From positions 154,683 to 218,682 of the forward strand of contig CAVVMM010000012.1 of NCBI GenBank assembly GCA_963749355.1: a stretch of DNA of 64,000 nucleotides, read 5' to 3'. The notes below the pieces were generated by a model. It worked only from the letters and a program-made list of their open reading frames with translations. It had not been told where the DNA came from and searched no databases. This DNA is from an uncultured Acidimicrobiaceae bacterium. Lineage in GTDB: Bacteria; Actinomycetota; Acidimicrobiia; Acidimicrobiales; RAAP-2. This document shows positions 62,495 to 64,000 of this stretch, one piece after another. Position 1 is the stretch's first letter; every line of letters begins with the position of its first letter. Both the position numbers and the translations under genes were made by a program.

Positions 62495-63321
62495 GGGAGC
62501 GTCTCGGGGGGCACGGCGTCGCTGGATTCGGTCGCAAGCTCGCGCAGGAGGTCCTGGCTGTAGGCGATGCGTCCGGTCCGCGTCCTGGGCGCAACGCTGC
62601 ACAGCGCCAGGGCGGCTTCAGCCATGACTTCAGGCGATTCGACCTCTTGGTCGGGGTCCTGCGGACGGACGAGGTGGTGGTAGAGGGTGCCCGGCGTGGG
62701 AACCACACGGTTGGGCGACAGGGCGTTCACGGCAATGTTGTTGGCGTAAACCTCTGATGCGAGGCCAGTAGAGAAGCGTTCTATCGCCGCCTTGCACATC
62801 CCATAGACGGTCCCGCCGCCGCGGCGAGCGGGATCCGGCGGGACCGACGGGTGCCGGGCGGCGCCTGACGAGATATTGAGTATCCAGCCCTCACCTCTCG
62901 TGATCATGCCCGGGAGAACCAACTGCGCGAGATGGAATGGGGCGGTGACCTGGACCTCAAACATCAGCTGAAAACGCTTGGCCGTGAAGTCGCTGGTCGG
63001 GAGGAAGTAGGTGACGGCTGCATTGTTGACCAGGACGTCAATGGGACCCACATGAGTCCAGGCGTCAGCGACCAGGCGTTCCCGATCATCAGCGTGGGAG
63101 AGGTCAGCCGCCACCGCGAAGGCCGTGCCTCCGGCGCGGTCGATTCTTTCGACGGTCTCATTGATCGTCCCGGGGAACGAGCTCGACTTGGGATCGACTG
63201 TCCTGGCAGTCACGACAACCGTGGCTCCCTCCGCCGCGAAGCGTTCGGCGATGGCCGCTCCGATCCCTCTGCTCCCTCCGGTGACGAGGGCCACGCGACC
63301 GTCCAAAATGCCATCGCTCAA
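62491..63321 (-). CDS. SDR oxidoreductase
   Basis: TGGSRGIG, NNAA, YGMCK. Confidence 0.9.
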   Translation of the reverse strand: MSDGILDGRVALVTGGSRGIGAAIAERFAAEGATVVVTARTVDPKSSSFPGTINETVERIDRAGGTAFAVAADLSHADDRERLVADAWTHVGPIDVLVNNAAVTYFLPTSDFTAKRFQLMFEVQVTAPFHLAQLVLPGMITRGEGWILNISSGAARHPSVPPDPARRGGGTVYGMCKAAIERFSTGLASEVYANNIAVNALSPNRVVPTPGTLYHHLVRPQDPDQEVESPEVMAEAALALCSVAPRTRTGRIAYSQDLLRELATESSDAVPPETLP

Positions 63322-63600
63322 AATGACCCTCCTTCGCTGCGTTGCGCCATAACAGCTTCGAGTATGGCGGCGCTGACTTCTTCAGTTTGCCTCGAGTTCA
63401 CCACCAAGTTCTTAGTGCCAATCCGAAGATCACGTGAAGTGACGACGGTGATAGATGGCGACAACGCTAGAGAGCGACCTCCTTTCAAGGACCATGTGCC
63501 GATCCCGCCACTGCAACCTGATCTCCTGGCCAATTGAATTTGCCAGCCGCCAGGCAGCCACTACTGGTAATAGGTGTTTGACCAGGAACTTAGAGGGAGT

Positions 63601-63628
63601 TGGCAGCCCGTCCGGGTCTCGAACCCGG
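63601..63628 (-). other. tRNA-like 3' fragment (T-arm, acceptor 3' strand, CCA); possible att site
   Basis: Minus strand reads CCGGG-TTCGAGA-CCCGG-ACGGGCT-G-CCA; no D-arm or 5' acceptor strand upstream. Confidence 0.55.
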
Positions 63629-64000
63629 CGCCATGGAATAAGAGGAACGTTAAGAGCGTTGCGTGGTATTGGGCTGGGCGCCCGCGTTGCCGGTATTCAA
63701 AGCAACGCGCTATTGGAGGTCGGTCTGGTCTTGTGGTGTTGGGGAATATTTAGGCCCATCCCATGGCCCGTTCGGGGACTGCTGTGGGTGCCGAGCGGTG
63801 GCAAACGACATGCGATCTGTATCGGGGGGCCGCGGATATCGCTCTGCCCTGCCCGACGAGCCTCCAATCACCAACGGATGTGAAGCTCTCGGAGTCGCTG
63901 AAGCGTTCAACATTTCCGCGGAGAAATCGCCTGAGGAGTCTCGATCGGTGCATCCTGAAGCGACCTCACTATGGCCAATAGCCGCTGCTAGAGTCCGGGA

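Noticed and set aside
63601-63680. Complete tRNA gene
   Set aside because: No anticodon arm, D-arm or matching 5' acceptor strand could be folded.
63318-64000. Short ORFs at the window end
   Set aside because: No recognisable motifs or RBS. 63318-63533 may be a gene remnant but cannot be supported.

Overview
High-GC, probably actinobacterial (Acidimicrobiia-like, by inference) chromosomal window. (1) 1-9.6 kb: choline/methylglycine catabolism (GcvT-type dimethylglycine/sarcosine dehydrogenase, ETF, betA), a PabB-PabC fusion and other housekeeping genes. (2) 9.8-13.9 kb: a probable defence islet with a DUF2075-type nuclease-helicase facing two reader-domain HNH endonucleases. (3) 14.1-20.1 kb: katG, an unannotated 38-aa Lys-rich peptide, aldo-keto reductase, nitronate monooxygenase and a thioesterase. 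(4) 20.3-63.3 kb: a ~43 kb acyl-CoA catabolic cluster (many acyl-CoA dehydrogenases, CoA-transferases, hydratases, thiolases, a split Opp/Dpp-type ABC importer, a tandem FadR regulator). It carries three copies of a TTGACA-N17-TAGAGT promoter with a TCAGTCGACTGA palindrome. The strongest signal is an intact IS110 inserted at a CTG core inside a decayed enoyl-CoA hydratase gene. Its non-coding end encodes a predicted ~150-nt structured RNA with two repeated loops whose 7-mers match the reconstructed target and donor junctions, i.e. a bridge-RNA-like programmable recombination system readable from sequence. A tRNA-like 3' fragment (possible att site) lies at 63.6 kb. All calls come from reading motifs by eye; no searches or folding programs were run.
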